From Candidatus Micrarchaeota archaeon (lineage in GTDB: Archaea; Micrarchaeota; Micrarchaeia; Anstonellales; Anstonellaceae), in assembly GCA_013331805.1 (NCBI GenBank), contig DUFS01000027.1:26555-59522 (forward strand): 32,968 nt of DNA. The letters are read 5' to 3'. Position numbers and translations under genes: made by a program. Position 1 is the first letter of the stretch. Each line of letters opens with the position of its first letter. The notes beneath the pieces were generated by a model. That model saw nothing but the letters and a program-made list of their open reading frames with translations, was not told where the DNA came from and did not search any database. Below are positions 8,801 to 17,370 of this stretch, one piece after another.

Positions 8801-9030
8801 TCCAGGAAGTCTGCGCGCAGGGGTTCGATGTATACAATGTCAGCAATCTCCTTGTCGGTCTGTATTGTGGCGGGGTTGGAATTGACCACCACAACTTTCA
8901 CGCCCTCTGCCCTAAGCGAGGCGCATGCCTGCGAGCCCGAGTAGTCAAACTCCGCAGACTGCCCGATTACTATGGGGCCGCTCCCTATTACCAGCACCTT
9001 TTCTATGTTTTTTCCCACCAGCTTCACCAA
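5848..9030 (-). CDS. carB: Carbamoyl-phosphate synthase large subunit
   Basis: 1060-codon ORF with two ATP-grasp halves opening with [20 protein letters not shown] and [20 protein letters not shown], and a C-terminal MGS-like region. The track start is TTG 9030. GTG 9018 ([14 protein letters not shown]) preceded by GGTGA looks like the better start. Confidence 0.95.
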   Translation of the reverse strand: [1060 protein letters not shown]

Positions 9031-9084
9031 ATTCCACCAGCCTATATCTTTCCCATCAGCTTGGAGCTTCGATCCAAGTCATGG

Positions 9085-9135
9085 AAAATTTCCGCGGAAA
9101 TTTTTCAGCATTGGAATCGCAATTCCAATATAAGG
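9085..9135 (-). promoter_or_regulatory. Perfect 20-bp palindrome, an 8-bp-stem hairpin and a TATA-like box in the argF-carB spacer
   Basis: AAAATTTCCGCGGAAATTTT at 9085-9104 is its own reverse complement. ATTGGAAT-cgca-ATTCCAAT lies at 9110-9129. On the minus strand CCTTATATT (9127-9135) sits about 26 nt upstream of the palindrome edge. Confidence 0.4.
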
Positions 9136-9145
9136 AAAAATTCTT

Positions 9146-10048
9146 TCAGATTTTTTCCATCAGTTTCAGCATGATCGCCTTCTGCATGTGCAGCCTGTTC
9201 TCCGCCTGGTCGAAAACCACAGACTGCTTGCCGTCAATAACTTCGTTCGTGATTTCCAGCCCCCTGTGCGCAGGCAGGCAGTGCATCACAATGCAGTCTT
9301 TTTTCGCATGCGACAACAATTCCTCGTTCACCTGGAATGGCATGAAAGCCTTTGTCCGCTCGGCCTTTTCATCCTCAAGACCCATTGAAATCCAGGTGTC
9401 CGTGTATACCACATCAGCTCCGCCAACGCCCTGCGCAGGGTCGCTGCAAACCTCCACTTTCCCGTATTTTTTCGCCTCATGCAGGTATTTCTGGTTTGGC
9501 TGGTATCCCTTGGGGCAAACCAATGTCACTTCCATACCTGCCTTTGCGCATGCAAGCATGAGCGAATTTGCCATGTTGAATCCGCAGTCTCCGACAAAGG
9601 CGAATCTGTTCCCTGCCTTGAGCTTGCCCTTTTCTGCCATGGTTTCCAGGTCGGATAGCGCCTGGCAGGGGTGCTCCTCGTCGGTCAGGGCGTTTATCAC
9701 AGGAACCCCGGCATGCTTGGCTATTTCCAGCAAGTCGGTGTGCTTGTATAATCGCGCCATTATGATGTTCACATACCTGCCCAGGGTTTTGGCAGTGTCA
9801 TGCATTGTCTCCCCTCGCGAAAGCTGGGAGGTGGTAAAGTCAAAGTAGATGGCATGCCCGCCCAGCTGAGTCATGCCTGCTTCAAAGGAGACGCGCGTCC
9901 GTGTGGAAGCCTTCTCAAACACCATTGCCAGCGTCTTTCCCTCAAGCGTATGCGCGTATTTCCCAGGATTTTTCTTCACTTCGGAAGCTAAGCCTACGTA
10001 ATCCCCGATCTTTATCTTGTCCAATTCCCATATTGACAGCAGGTTCAT
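9146..10048 (-). CDS. argF: Ornithine carbamoyltransferase
   Basis: Motifs STRTRVSFE, DTWISMG and HCLPAHRG (ornithine-type, not aspartate-type). Start trimmed to ATG 10048 (MNLLSIWELDK), which has GGGGTGA a few nt upstream. The longer ORF to 10111 would overlap carA by 46 nt. Confidence 0.9.
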   Translation of the reverse strand: MNLLSIWELDKIKIGDYVGLASEVKKNPGKYAHTLEGKTLAMVFEKASTRTRVSFEAGMTQLGGHAIYFDFTTSQLSRGETMHDTAKTLGRYVNIIMARLYKHTDLLEIAKHAGVPVINALTDEEHPCQALSDLETMAEKGKLKAGNRFAFVGDCGFNMANSLMLACAKAGMEVTLVCPKGYQPNQKYLHEAKKYGKVEVCSDPAQGVGGADVVYTDTWISMGLEDEKAERTKAFMPFQVNEELLSHAKKDCIVMHCLPAHRGLEITNEVIDGKQSVVFDQAENRLHMQKAIMLKLMEKI

Positions 10049-10065
10049 GTTCTCACCCCTTGTTT

Positions 10066-11142
10066 CTACAGCATTGATACAAACTTGTCGAAAAGGTATT
10101 TCGAGTCGCACGGCCCTGGATTTGCTTCAGGATGGTACTGCACGGCAAACACGGGCAGCTCCTTGTGCTGCATGCCCTCCACTGTTCCGTCTATCAGGTT
10201 CCTGTGAGTCACTTCGAACTCGCTGGGCAGCGTTTTCTCATCCACAGCAAACCCGTGGTTCTGCGTTGTGATTGTCACCTTGGCAGCCTTCACATCCAGC
10301 ACAGGATGGTTGCCGCCCCTGTGGCCGAACTTGAGCTTGTAAGTTTTGGCGCCTGCAGCCTGGCCAAGCAATTGGTTGCCAAGGCAAATCCCGAATATCG
10401 GCAGCTTTCCGAAAAGCTTCCGTAGCTCATTGCTCTCCTTTGTAAGCAGCGCCGGGTCGCCAGGCCCGTTCGAAGCGAGGATTCCGTCAGGTGAAAAGGC
10501 CAGCATTTCCTCGGCGCTCGTGCTGAATGGCACCACCACGACTTCCAAGCCGCGCTTGGCAAGCTCGCGCACAATGCCCATCTTTACCCCGTAATCAATG
10601 AGCACCACCTTCTTGCCCCCTTTTCCGTAGGATTTTGCCTCGCCAACTGAAACCTTTTCCACGAAATTGATTTTCGAATAGTCAAGCTCGCGGGCCATGG
10701 ACAGCAACTCCTGCTGGTCCTCCTGCTTTTCGCAAACCGAAAGGCAGGCGGGCATGACGCCGGAATTCCTGATGAGCCTGACCAGGAACCGCGTGTCGAT
10801 TCCCCAAATTCCGGGTATTCCGGCATCCTCCATCCTCTTGCCCAAGGTTGCCGTGCTATTGGCGTGCCTCGGGCCGGAGCAAAGCTCGCGGACCGCATAT
10901 CCTTCGACCTGCATCTGGCTGCTTTCGCACCAATCGGGCTGCATTCCATAATTGCCAATAAGGGGGTAGGTTGACACGAGGATCTGGCCGGCATAGGACG
11001 GGTCGGTAAGGGACTCCTCGTAGCCGGTCATATTGGTGGTGAAAACAATCTCCCCCACGCGCCTTTCTGTTGCGCCAAATCCCTTTCCGAAAAAAATGGA
11101 TCCGTCAGAAAGAACCAGAACAGCCTTCTTTTCAGCTAACAC
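10066..11142 (-). CDS. carA: Carbamoyl-phosphate synthase small (glutaminase) subunit
   Basis: 358 codons. N-terminal CPSase small-chain domain followed by a class-I amidotransferase: GICLGNQLL (nucleophile Cys), FGHRGGNHPV, VQYHPEA. GTG start. TATA-like AATTTAAA at 11176-11183. Confidence 0.93.
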   Translation of the reverse strand: MLAEKKAVLVLSDGSIFFGKGFGATERRVGEIVFTTNMTGYEESLTDPSYAGQILVSTYPLIGNYGMQPDWCESSQMQVEGYAVRELCSGPRHANSTATLGKRMEDAGIPGIWGIDTRFLVRLIRNSGVMPACLSVCEKQEDQQELLSMARELDYSKINFVEKVSVGEAKSYGKGGKKVVLIDYGVKMGIVRELAKRGLEVVVVPFSTSAEEMLAFSPDGILASNGPGDPALLTKESNELRKLFGKLPIFGICLGNQLLGQAAGAKTYKLKFGHRGGNHPVLDVKAAKVTITTQNHGFAVDEKTLPSEFEVTHRNLIDGTVEGMQHKELPVFAVQYHPEANPGPCDSKYLFDKFVSML

Positions 11143-11210
11143 ATGAACCCAAGAGTATTGAATGCATACAAAATGAATTTAAACGCGCCGGTCCGGCTGC
11201 AACTTAATTC

Positions 11211-11624
11211 CTATTCTCCTTTCCGTATCCTTTCAAAGTGGTTGGAGACCGAATCCAGATGGTACCTTCCATAGTCCTGTATTGTGTAAATCACGTAGAA
11301 GCCAACACCAATGCCAATAAGCATCAGGGGAATGGTGAAAAGCTTTCCGTAATAGCTTTGCGGCACCAAGTCGCCGTATCCGACGGTGGTTATCGTGGAA
11401 GTGGTGAAGTAAACCGAATCCTCCCAGGTCCAGCCTTCAACGAAATGGAAGACCAGTGTCGCGACCAGGTAAACCCCTGCAAGCAGGAGCCCTGCGTACA
11501 TGATTCTCTTTTTCATGCGCGCCTTTTCCCGGTCGATCTCCTGCTTGTAATGCGCTTCAAAGTCAACTGCCTGGTGGATTACCTCTGAGTTCTTTTTGTC
11601 GATTGAATAGCTTCTTTTGGCCAC
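11211..11624 (-). CDS. Minimal two-TM potassium channel (KcsA-like pore only)
   Basis: 137 codons. Two hydrophobic helices flank a pore helix and the selectivity filter TTVGYGD. No RCK or ligand-binding domain. The GTG start overlaps the stop of the upstream gene (TAGTG). Confidence 0.8.
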   Translation of the reverse strand: MAKRSYSIDKKNSEVIHQAVDFEAHYKQEIDREKARMKKRIMYAGLLLAGVYLVATLVFHFVEGWTWEDSVYFTTSTITTVGYGDLVPQSYYGKLFTIPLMLIGIGVGFYVIYTIQDYGRYHLDSVSNHFERIRKGE

Positions 11625-13462
11625 TACTTCACCTTGGAGTTGTTATCCAGTGCCATTTCATAGGCCTTGTAATAGTTTTCCACCAATTTGTCCCAGTTCA
11701 GGTGCGACATCATGCCATAGGCGCTTGCCTTTTCCTTTTCAAGCTCCTTGGCAGGCAGTTTGTAAACCCTCTCAAGCTCGCGCGAAAGCTCTTCTGATGC
11801 CTGCTGCGAGCTTTTGCCTGCCATGCGTATTACCTTCACGCCGCAGCCCTTTTTGTCCGCTTTTTTCATAATGAACCTTCCGAATCCGGTCATGTCCGAT
11901 GTAATTGCAATGTCCCTTTTCACCGCAGCCTCGACCGGGGTGTAGCCAAACGGCTCGTAGCGCGACGGGAACACTCCAACGTCCATTGCCGCGATCACAT
12001 CATAATAATTGAGGTTCATCAGGCCGTCGTTGGGTTTCATGTAAGTCGGGTAGAAAATAACCTTCACAGGATTGGATTTTTCGTTGTTCAGCCCGGCGGA
12101 TACGCAGGCGTTAATAATGGAATCGTTCTGGTAGGAGATGTCGTAGCAGTTGATGTGGGGCCGCTCGCCGTCCTTGATAAAGCCCTTTGCCATATTTCCA
12201 ACGTCCAGCTTAATCTCGCCTTGCAAGAGGGACATCGCGGCCTGGAGGTTCACATAAGGCTTGCCCTTGGTCTCAGGAATCTCCTTCAGTATTTCATTTA
12301 TCTTGTCCAGGAGAAGGTAGTTCTTTATGACCGAGATTTTCGGGCCCTTTACAGAGCTTGGCGCGAAGATGAAGGCAAAGACCTTCCTTTCATTGCCATC
12401 CTTGCTCTTTTTCAGCCGGCTGTTCAGTTTGGCAAGCGCATCAATGAATATGTCAAATCCCTTGTTGGTGAACTCATACCTTCCGGATATGTAAACGAAA
12501 AGCGCGTTGTCGTATCTCATCTCATAATAGCTGGTGAAGCACGCCTCCACGAACTGCTGGAGCTCTCCCCTGGCATAGGCTGAAAGGTCGTGTGTTTCCT
12601 CATCGCCCTTGCCGTTCCCAAATTCGATGCCATTGACCGTGATCACATCCGCCTTCCTTCCCAGGATGTATTCAACTTCCTGAGCAACCGTTTCGCTCAC
12701 TGTTGTGAATACTATGCATTCCTTTGCGGCTGCCACCTCGAGCTGGTGCTTGCCTTCGCACCTGTTGTTGTAAGCCACGTTGAGGGAAATCGGTACTTTA
12801 GCCTTCTCAGCCTCGTTATAAACGTCCACTCCGGCAGAAGCCAGCGTCCTTCCCAGCACGGTTGCATGGGTTGTGAACACGGTTGCCAGCCCCAGCCCCT
12901 TTATCTTGCAGTGGAGTATTGCCGCGCCAGCTATCCACTCGTGGAATTGCAGCACTGTGCTTTCCTTGGCAAAAAGCCCCTTGGAAAAAAGCCTTTCAAG
13001 AAGCATGCCCACCCCCAGGCACCAAACTATGTTTTCAGTGAAGTCCCAGGACTTTTCCATTATGGAATCGATCCCAAAGTGCTTCCAGAGCAGGAACTTG
13101 AAATAGTTCGACTGCTTGTCCTTTTGCATGCCCTGGCCATTTGCATATTCCACAATCCGCTCGCCGGCTGCCTTGGCGTCCACTGAAATGATCCTTGAGT
13201 TGTCGCCATACGTCCAGGTGCCGTACCTGCAGTGCACGCCCTCGCGCTCCAGCTCTTCGAAAATGTCCCGCAGCTTGCCCGTAGGCTCCTCGAATTTGAT
13301 GTCCTCCCCGCACTTGTCGTCCAGGAAGCCTATCAAAAGGTAGTTGTTGCCGAACTTCTTGTGCAGGTACTCTGCCTTGCTCCGAATCACGGTGTATATC
13401 CCGCCAATCTTCCTTCCTGCCTCTGAGGAGATTTCAATGAGCGCCTTGGGTTCGGCTGCCAT
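11624..13462 (-). CDS. Glycogen (alpha-glucan) synthase, glycosyltransferase family 3 (eukaryote/Bacteroides type)
   Basis: N-terminus EISSEAGRKIGGIYTVIRSKA matches the GT3 glycogen-synthase opening (..E..NKVGGIYTV..tKA). The length is about 610 aa. Start set at ATG 13462 (MAAEPKALIE) because TTTATAAA at 13484-13491 is centred 26 nt upstream, which fits a leaderless layout. The ORF stays open to ATG 13525. Confidence 0.8.
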   Translation of the reverse strand: MAAEPKALIEISSEAGRKIGGIYTVIRSKAEYLHKKFGNNYLLIGFLDDKCGEDIKFEEPTGKLRDIFEELEREGVHCRYGTWTYGDNSRIISVDAKAAGERIVEYANGQGMQKDKQSNYFKFLLWKHFGIDSIMEKSWDFTENIVWCLGVGMLLERLFSKGLFAKESTVLQFHEWIAGAAILHCKIKGLGLATVFTTHATVLGRTLASAGVDVYNEAEKAKVPISLNVAYNNRCEGKHQLEVAAAKECIVFTTVSETVAQEVEYILGRKADVITVNGIEFGNGKGDEETHDLSAYARGELQQFVEACFTSYYEMRYDNALFVYISGRYEFTNKGFDIFIDALAKLNSRLKKSKDGNERKVFAFIFAPSSVKGPKISVIKNYLLLDKINEILKEIPETKGKPYVNLQAAMSLLQGEIKLDVGNMAKGFIKDGERPHINCYDISYQNDSIINACVSAGLNNEKSNPVKVIFYPTYMKPNDGLMNLNYYDVIAAMDVGVFPSRYEPFGYTPVEAAVKRDIAITSDMTGFGRFIMKKADKKGCGVKVIRMAGKSSQQASEELSRELERVYKLPAKELEKEKASAYGMMSHLNWDKLVENYYKAYEMALDNNSKVK

Positions 13463-13558
13463 GGCTAGGGAACGGTTCTGAGGTTTATAAAACATCCGCT
13501 GATGTTTTATTGAGGTCGAATGCATTTCGACCGTTTATAAAATCTTGCCCAAAGTAGG

Positions 13559-14578
13559 CTAGGCTATCTTCGTATCAATTACAACCTGCACAGTGGTTTT
13601 CGAATAGGGGCGCACAATGCGCCTGAAAAGCAAATGCGCATGCCTGCCTCTGTCCAGCGCGGCGTCCATCACTTGCATTTCAGCCTCAGCAAATGGCTCA
13701 ACTGCGCTTCCGAATGCATAATAGTGGAGAACTCCGCCTTTTTTCAGGCAAGGGAGAACATTTTTCAGGAAATGTATGCCGTCCTTGGGCAGGGGCATTG
13801 CAATCCGGTCAAATTTCCCTTGCAGTTTTCCCGGCAGGAGCCTGGCAACATCCCCTTTTACTGCTGAAACATTCCTGCACCTGTTCCTCTTGATGTTCGA
13901 TTTGAAGTATTTTGCTGCTGCAGGGTTTAGTTCGATGCCAACTACGTTTGCTTTAGCTTGCATTTTTGCAATCCTAATGGCAAAGGGGCCCGCACCTGCG
14001 AAAGGGACAAGCACCTTCTCGCCAGGCTTCACAAGCGATGCAATCCTTGTCCTCTCGGTTCCCAGCCTTGGAGAAAAGTAAGTCTTGTTCAGGTCCAACT
14101 CGAATTCGCATCCAGCCTCCCTGTAAATAGTGCGTGTGCGCCTTGCGCCTGCAATCACCCTCACAGGCCTTATGCGGAATTCGCCCGAAGTCCCGCCAGT
14201 TTTTTTAGCCACTGTCCTGATATTGCGGTGGTTCTTCATTATTGCCGAAGCGATTAGCCGCTGCTTTTTGGCAAGGGGGGCTGGTATTTCCACTACAGCA
14301 ATGTCACCTATCATGTCGAATGACTTCACCAGTTCGCCAAGCTCGGATGCCGTGAGCTTTCCTGCAAGCTCCTCTTCCAGCGATTTTCCATATTCCTGCC
14401 GCTTTTTGAGCTTCTTTTGTGCAAAATCAAAGCCCGCAGCCCTCTTCTTGACAGCGAAGTAGACAAATTCCTCATCGCGGGCAGGCACATATGATCCGTC
14501 CAGCATGCCCTTATCAAGAAGCCTTCTCCTGACCGCCTCAGCCTTGTGCCGCTCAACTTGTGCGCAAAGGACCAACAA
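13559..14578 (-). CDS. trm5: tRNA (guanine37-N1)-methyltransferase Trm5 family (Met-10+ like class I SAM methyltransferase)
   Basis: 339 codons. SAM-binding loop VLVPFAGAGPFAIRIA, then GIELNPAA and DRIAMPLP. The N-terminal small domain (ERHKAEAVRRRLLDKGMLD) is typical of archaeal Trm5. TTG start (14578 or 14575) just after AGGTG, which overlaps the leuS stop. Confidence 0.75.
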   Translation of the reverse strand: MLVLCAQVERHKAEAVRRRLLDKGMLDGSYVPARDEEFVYFAVKKRAAGFDFAQKKLKKRQEYGKSLEEELAGKLTASELGELVKSFDMIGDIAVVEIPAPLAKKQRLIASAIMKNHRNIRTVAKKTGGTSGEFRIRPVRVIAGARRTRTIYREAGCEFELDLNKTYFSPRLGTERTRIASLVKPGEKVLVPFAGAGPFAIRIAKMQAKANVVGIELNPAAAKYFKSNIKRNRCRNVSAVKGDVARLLPGKLQGKFDRIAMPLPKDGIHFLKNVLPCLKKGGVLHYYAFGSAVEPFAEAEMQVMDAALDRGRHAHLLFRRIVRPYSKTTVQVVIDTKIA

Positions 14579-14584
14579 GACACC

Positions 14585-17341
14585 TTACGAAACCAGTATG
14601 CTCGGCTTTCCTGGCAGGGCATTTTTCGCCTTTGGAACGCCGGTTTCCTCTTCCATGCAGAATGCGATTGCAGCGCCAAATTCCCCCTCCAGCAGCTTGA
14701 TTGCGCTTTTGAGCGCTTCCAGCTCGAATACGGCTGGCTGGGTCTGCCCAAGAGAGCCGGCATTCTTCATGTAGCTTGCCAGCACCTTGGCAGCGGCTGC
14801 TGCATTCGGCTTGATTTCCGGGTCTGCCATTGCGGTTTTCATTGCTGCGTCGAATTTCCTTTCATCCGAGGCAATCTGCCTAAGCTTCCTTTTCCATTCC
14901 GAAGCGACAAAGAGCTCAATTTTTGATGGCTTTTCAATTTTCAGCAGCTTGAGTATGGATGAAACGTCCTCCCTTACCTTCACTATGTAGCTTTCCGCCT
15001 CTTCCAGCCCCTCGTCCACCTTGCCCTGGTCGCCAGTGGGCATCGGTGCAATGGAAACAAACGCAGCATCCTTCACATAATGCTTGGTTCCCAGCTGCTG
15101 CCACATCTCTTCTGCCGCATGCGGAATGAACGGGGCGATGAGAGGCACCCAAAGCTCGAAGCACTCGCGCAGCTTGGGCTTTGCAGCCCTCTTGAGGTAC
15201 CACTGCAGGTCGTTTACGGTGTTGTAGAAAAGCTCCAGGGAAAGGTCGCGAAGCTGGAAGTTTTGGTACATTTTTTCCGCTGCAAGCGCCCGCTTGTGCA
15301 TGCGGGAAAGAATCCACCTGTCCGCAAGGTCGTGCTTCCCTTCATCCTTCCCAGCCGCGTATTTCAGCATGGCCGCCTGCAGGAATTTCAGGCGCGATAG
15401 CACGCCTTCCACTGCCGGCCTGTTGAAATCCGTATCCTGGGCAAGGTCAGCGCCGGACACCACCACAAAGCGTATGGCGTCTGCCCCGAATTCCCTTATT
15501 GCCGCCCGGATGGGCATTATGTTGCCCATGCTCTTGCTCATCTTCTTGCCGTCCATGAGCACAAATCCGTTGGTGACTATCTGCCTGGGCCAAAGCTCGC
15601 GCGGGAAAATTGCGGCATGGTTGAATATGAAAAACGTCAGGTGGTTGTGCACCAGGTCGGTTGCCGAATGGCGCGAGTCGTGCGGATACCAGTAGGAAAA
15701 GCATTTGCGCATTTCCTTTGCCTCTTTGGGGAGCTTATGTGCGCTCCCCTTGCCAAGGAACACATAGTCAAAAAGCTCCTCGCTCAGCTGATCGGGCTTC
15801 ATCTTCTGCGCAATGTGGGCTATGGTGTAGTAAGCCATGTATATGGTGGAGTCTGAAAGCGCCTCGATCATCTTTGTTTCGTCAAACGGGAACCGTGTCC
15901 CTAGGCCAATTGACCGCGTGCAGGCCTTTTCCCGAAGCCAGCCTATGGTGTATTCGTATTCCTTTAGCGCCTTTTCCGGCAATATTCGCATTCCTGCCAG
16001 GCATTGCCGGGCAAGCGACTTCCATTTTCCGTCCCCGTAGTCGATGAACCACTGGTCCTTGACCAGCTTCACCCCGACCAGCCCCCCGTAGCGGCTGTAA
16101 ATCGGCCCGTTTTGAATATCATAGAGCTGCATTGCGGTTCCTTCAGCAATCATCTTTGCGCGGATCTTCTCCTTTGCTTCCACTCCCTTCATTCCGGAAA
16201 ATTCGCCCTTCACCATGATTCCTGTGTGGGCTTCCTTGCGGTAGATTTCGTCCGTTGCTTCCTCGGCTTTGGGGTCGTTCTGGTCCTTCACGCCCATCTG
16301 CTCCACAATGTCCTTGGCAGGGAATTGCGAAAAGCCCTCGAGCTTCAGCACCTGGATTAGCGGAACCTTTTTGAGCAAGCCTGAATCGCGAAGGGCAAGA
16401 TAGTCGTAAGGCGCATGCGCAGGAACCGACATCACCACTCCCGTGCCTGCCTTGGGATCAACAAACTCTGCCGGCAAAAGGGGCAATAGCTCGCCCGTGA
16501 GCGGATTTTTCGCAGCCTTCTCCATCAATTCGCCTGCTGTGAATTCCTTTTCCACTATAAGCGGCAGCTGCATGGAAAGGGGGCCGACCGCATCCTTTGC
16601 AACATAGTATTTCCGCTTGCCGTCGCTTGCGCGAACGTATCTAGCGTTGGGATTCAGCCAGATGTTGGTGACGCCGTAAATAGTTTCAGGCCTGTAGGTC
16701 TCGCAGGCAAGGAACCCTTCCTCAAACTGGAAGAGAACTGCGGTAACCTCCTCAATCTGCGGGTCAACGTCCCCTTTCGTGTCATGTGCGCCTACTGCTG
16801 CCTGGGAAATCGGGCACCAGGGAACAGGGTGCTCGCCCTTTTTTATGAATCCTCTTTCCTTGAGCTTGGCAAACTGCCAATGGATGAACCTGTTGAACTG
16901 GGGGTCAAAGGAAAAGAATTTCCTTCGCCAGTCAATGGAGTAGCCCATTTCCCGCATTCCCTCCTCTATTTCTCGGGAAAAGTAGGCAACCAGTTCCTTT
17001 GGGTCTGTGAGCGTATCGGTCACGGCAGGGGAAATGCCGTAAACCTTTTCGAAAATTCCGAATATTTCCTTGTCTCGCTCGGCAATGCGCCTTGCCATTG
17101 CAAGAATCGGCGTTCCGGTCACATGAAAAGCCATTGGGAAAAGCACGTTCCTGCCCTTCATCCTCATGTAACGGGCATAAATGTCTGTTGTTGTGTAGGT
17201 CCTGCCGTGCCCGATGTGCTGCGGCGAGTTCGGGTAGGGGAAGGCAGGGGTCAGGAAGAATTTGCCATCACAGCCCTCCAATGGCTGGAAAAGGCGCTTG
17301 TCCTCCCAGGCCTTCTGCCATTTTGCGTCGGAATTCTGCAT
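14585..17341 (-). CDS. leuS: Leucyl-tRNA synthetase, archaeal type
   Basis: From ATG 17341 (MQNSDAKWQKAWEDKRLF) the product is 918 aa, with HIGH motif PQHIGHGRTY and KMSKS motif KKMSKSMGN. The track ORF continues 353 codons further upstream (to 18400), but only as a stop-free antisense run through the histidine-kinase gene. Confidence 0.93.
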   Translation of the reverse strand: MQNSDAKWQKAWEDKRLFQPLEGCDGKFFLTPAFPYPNSPQHIGHGRTYTTTDIYARYMRMKGRNVLFPMAFHVTGTPILAMARRIAERDKEIFGIFEKVYGISPAVTDTLTDPKELVAYFSREIEEGMREMGYSIDWRRKFFSFDPQFNRFIHWQFAKLKERGFIKKGEHPVPWCPISQAAVGAHDTKGDVDPQIEEVTAVLFQFEEGFLACETYRPETIYGVTNIWLNPNARYVRASDGKRKYYVAKDAVGPLSMQLPLIVEKEFTAGELMEKAAKNPLTGELLPLLPAEFVDPKAGTGVVMSVPAHAPYDYLALRDSGLLKKVPLIQVLKLEGFSQFPAKDIVEQMGVKDQNDPKAEEATDEIYRKEAHTGIMVKGEFSGMKGVEAKEKIRAKMIAEGTAMQLYDIQNGPIYSRYGGLVGVKLVKDQWFIDYGDGKWKSLARQCLAGMRILPEKALKEYEYTIGWLREKACTRSIGLGTRFPFDETKMIEALSDSTIYMAYYTIAHIAQKMKPDQLSEELFDYVFLGKGSAHKLPKEAKEMRKCFSYWYPHDSRHSATDLVHNHLTFFIFNHAAIFPRELWPRQIVTNGFVLMDGKKMSKSMGNIMPIRAAIREFGADAIRFVVVSGADLAQDTDFNRPAVEGVLSRLKFLQAAMLKYAAGKDEGKHDLADRWILSRMHKRALAAEKMYQNFQLRDLSLELFYNTVNDLQWYLKRAAKPKLRECFELWVPLIAPFIPHAAEEMWQQLGTKHYVKDAAFVSIAPMPTGDQGKVDEGLEEAESYIVKVREDVSSILKLLKIEKPSKIELFVASEWKRKLRQIASDERKFDAAMKTAMADPEIKPNAAAAAKVLASYMKNAGSLGQTQPAVFELEALKSAIKLLEGEFGAAIAFCMEEETGVPKAKNALPGKPSILVS

Positions 17342-17357
17342 GAGTTTTTGGTTCTGG

Positions 17358-17370
17358 AAAAGAATAAAAG
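17358..17370. promoter_or_regulatory. Single A/T box shared by the divergent leuS and histidine-kinase genes
   Basis: AAAAGAATAAAAG is the only A/T-rich element in the 51-bp spacer. Its core lies about 25 nt from the leuS ATG (17341) and about 27 nt from the kinase ATG (17393). Confidence 0.45.

Noticed and set aside
8925-9848. 307-aa plus-strand ORF spanning the carB start, the spacer and argF
   Set aside because: It is antisense to two strongly supported genes and crosses their intergenic palindromes, so it is not plausible as a gene.
10049-10111. Longer argF start (ORF track 9146-10111)
   Set aside because: The extra 21 residues (MRLEIPFRQVCINAVETRGEN) overlap carA by 46 nt and are not OTCase-like. 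ATG 10048 has a GGGGTGA site just upstream and gives a normal N-terminus.
11143-11210. GC-rich near-palindrome GCCGGTCCGGC (11187-11197) downstream of the K+ channel gene as a terminator or operator
   Set aside because: The stem is short and imperfect, with no adjacent T-run. It sits next to the carA TATA-like box, but the evidence is too weak to call.
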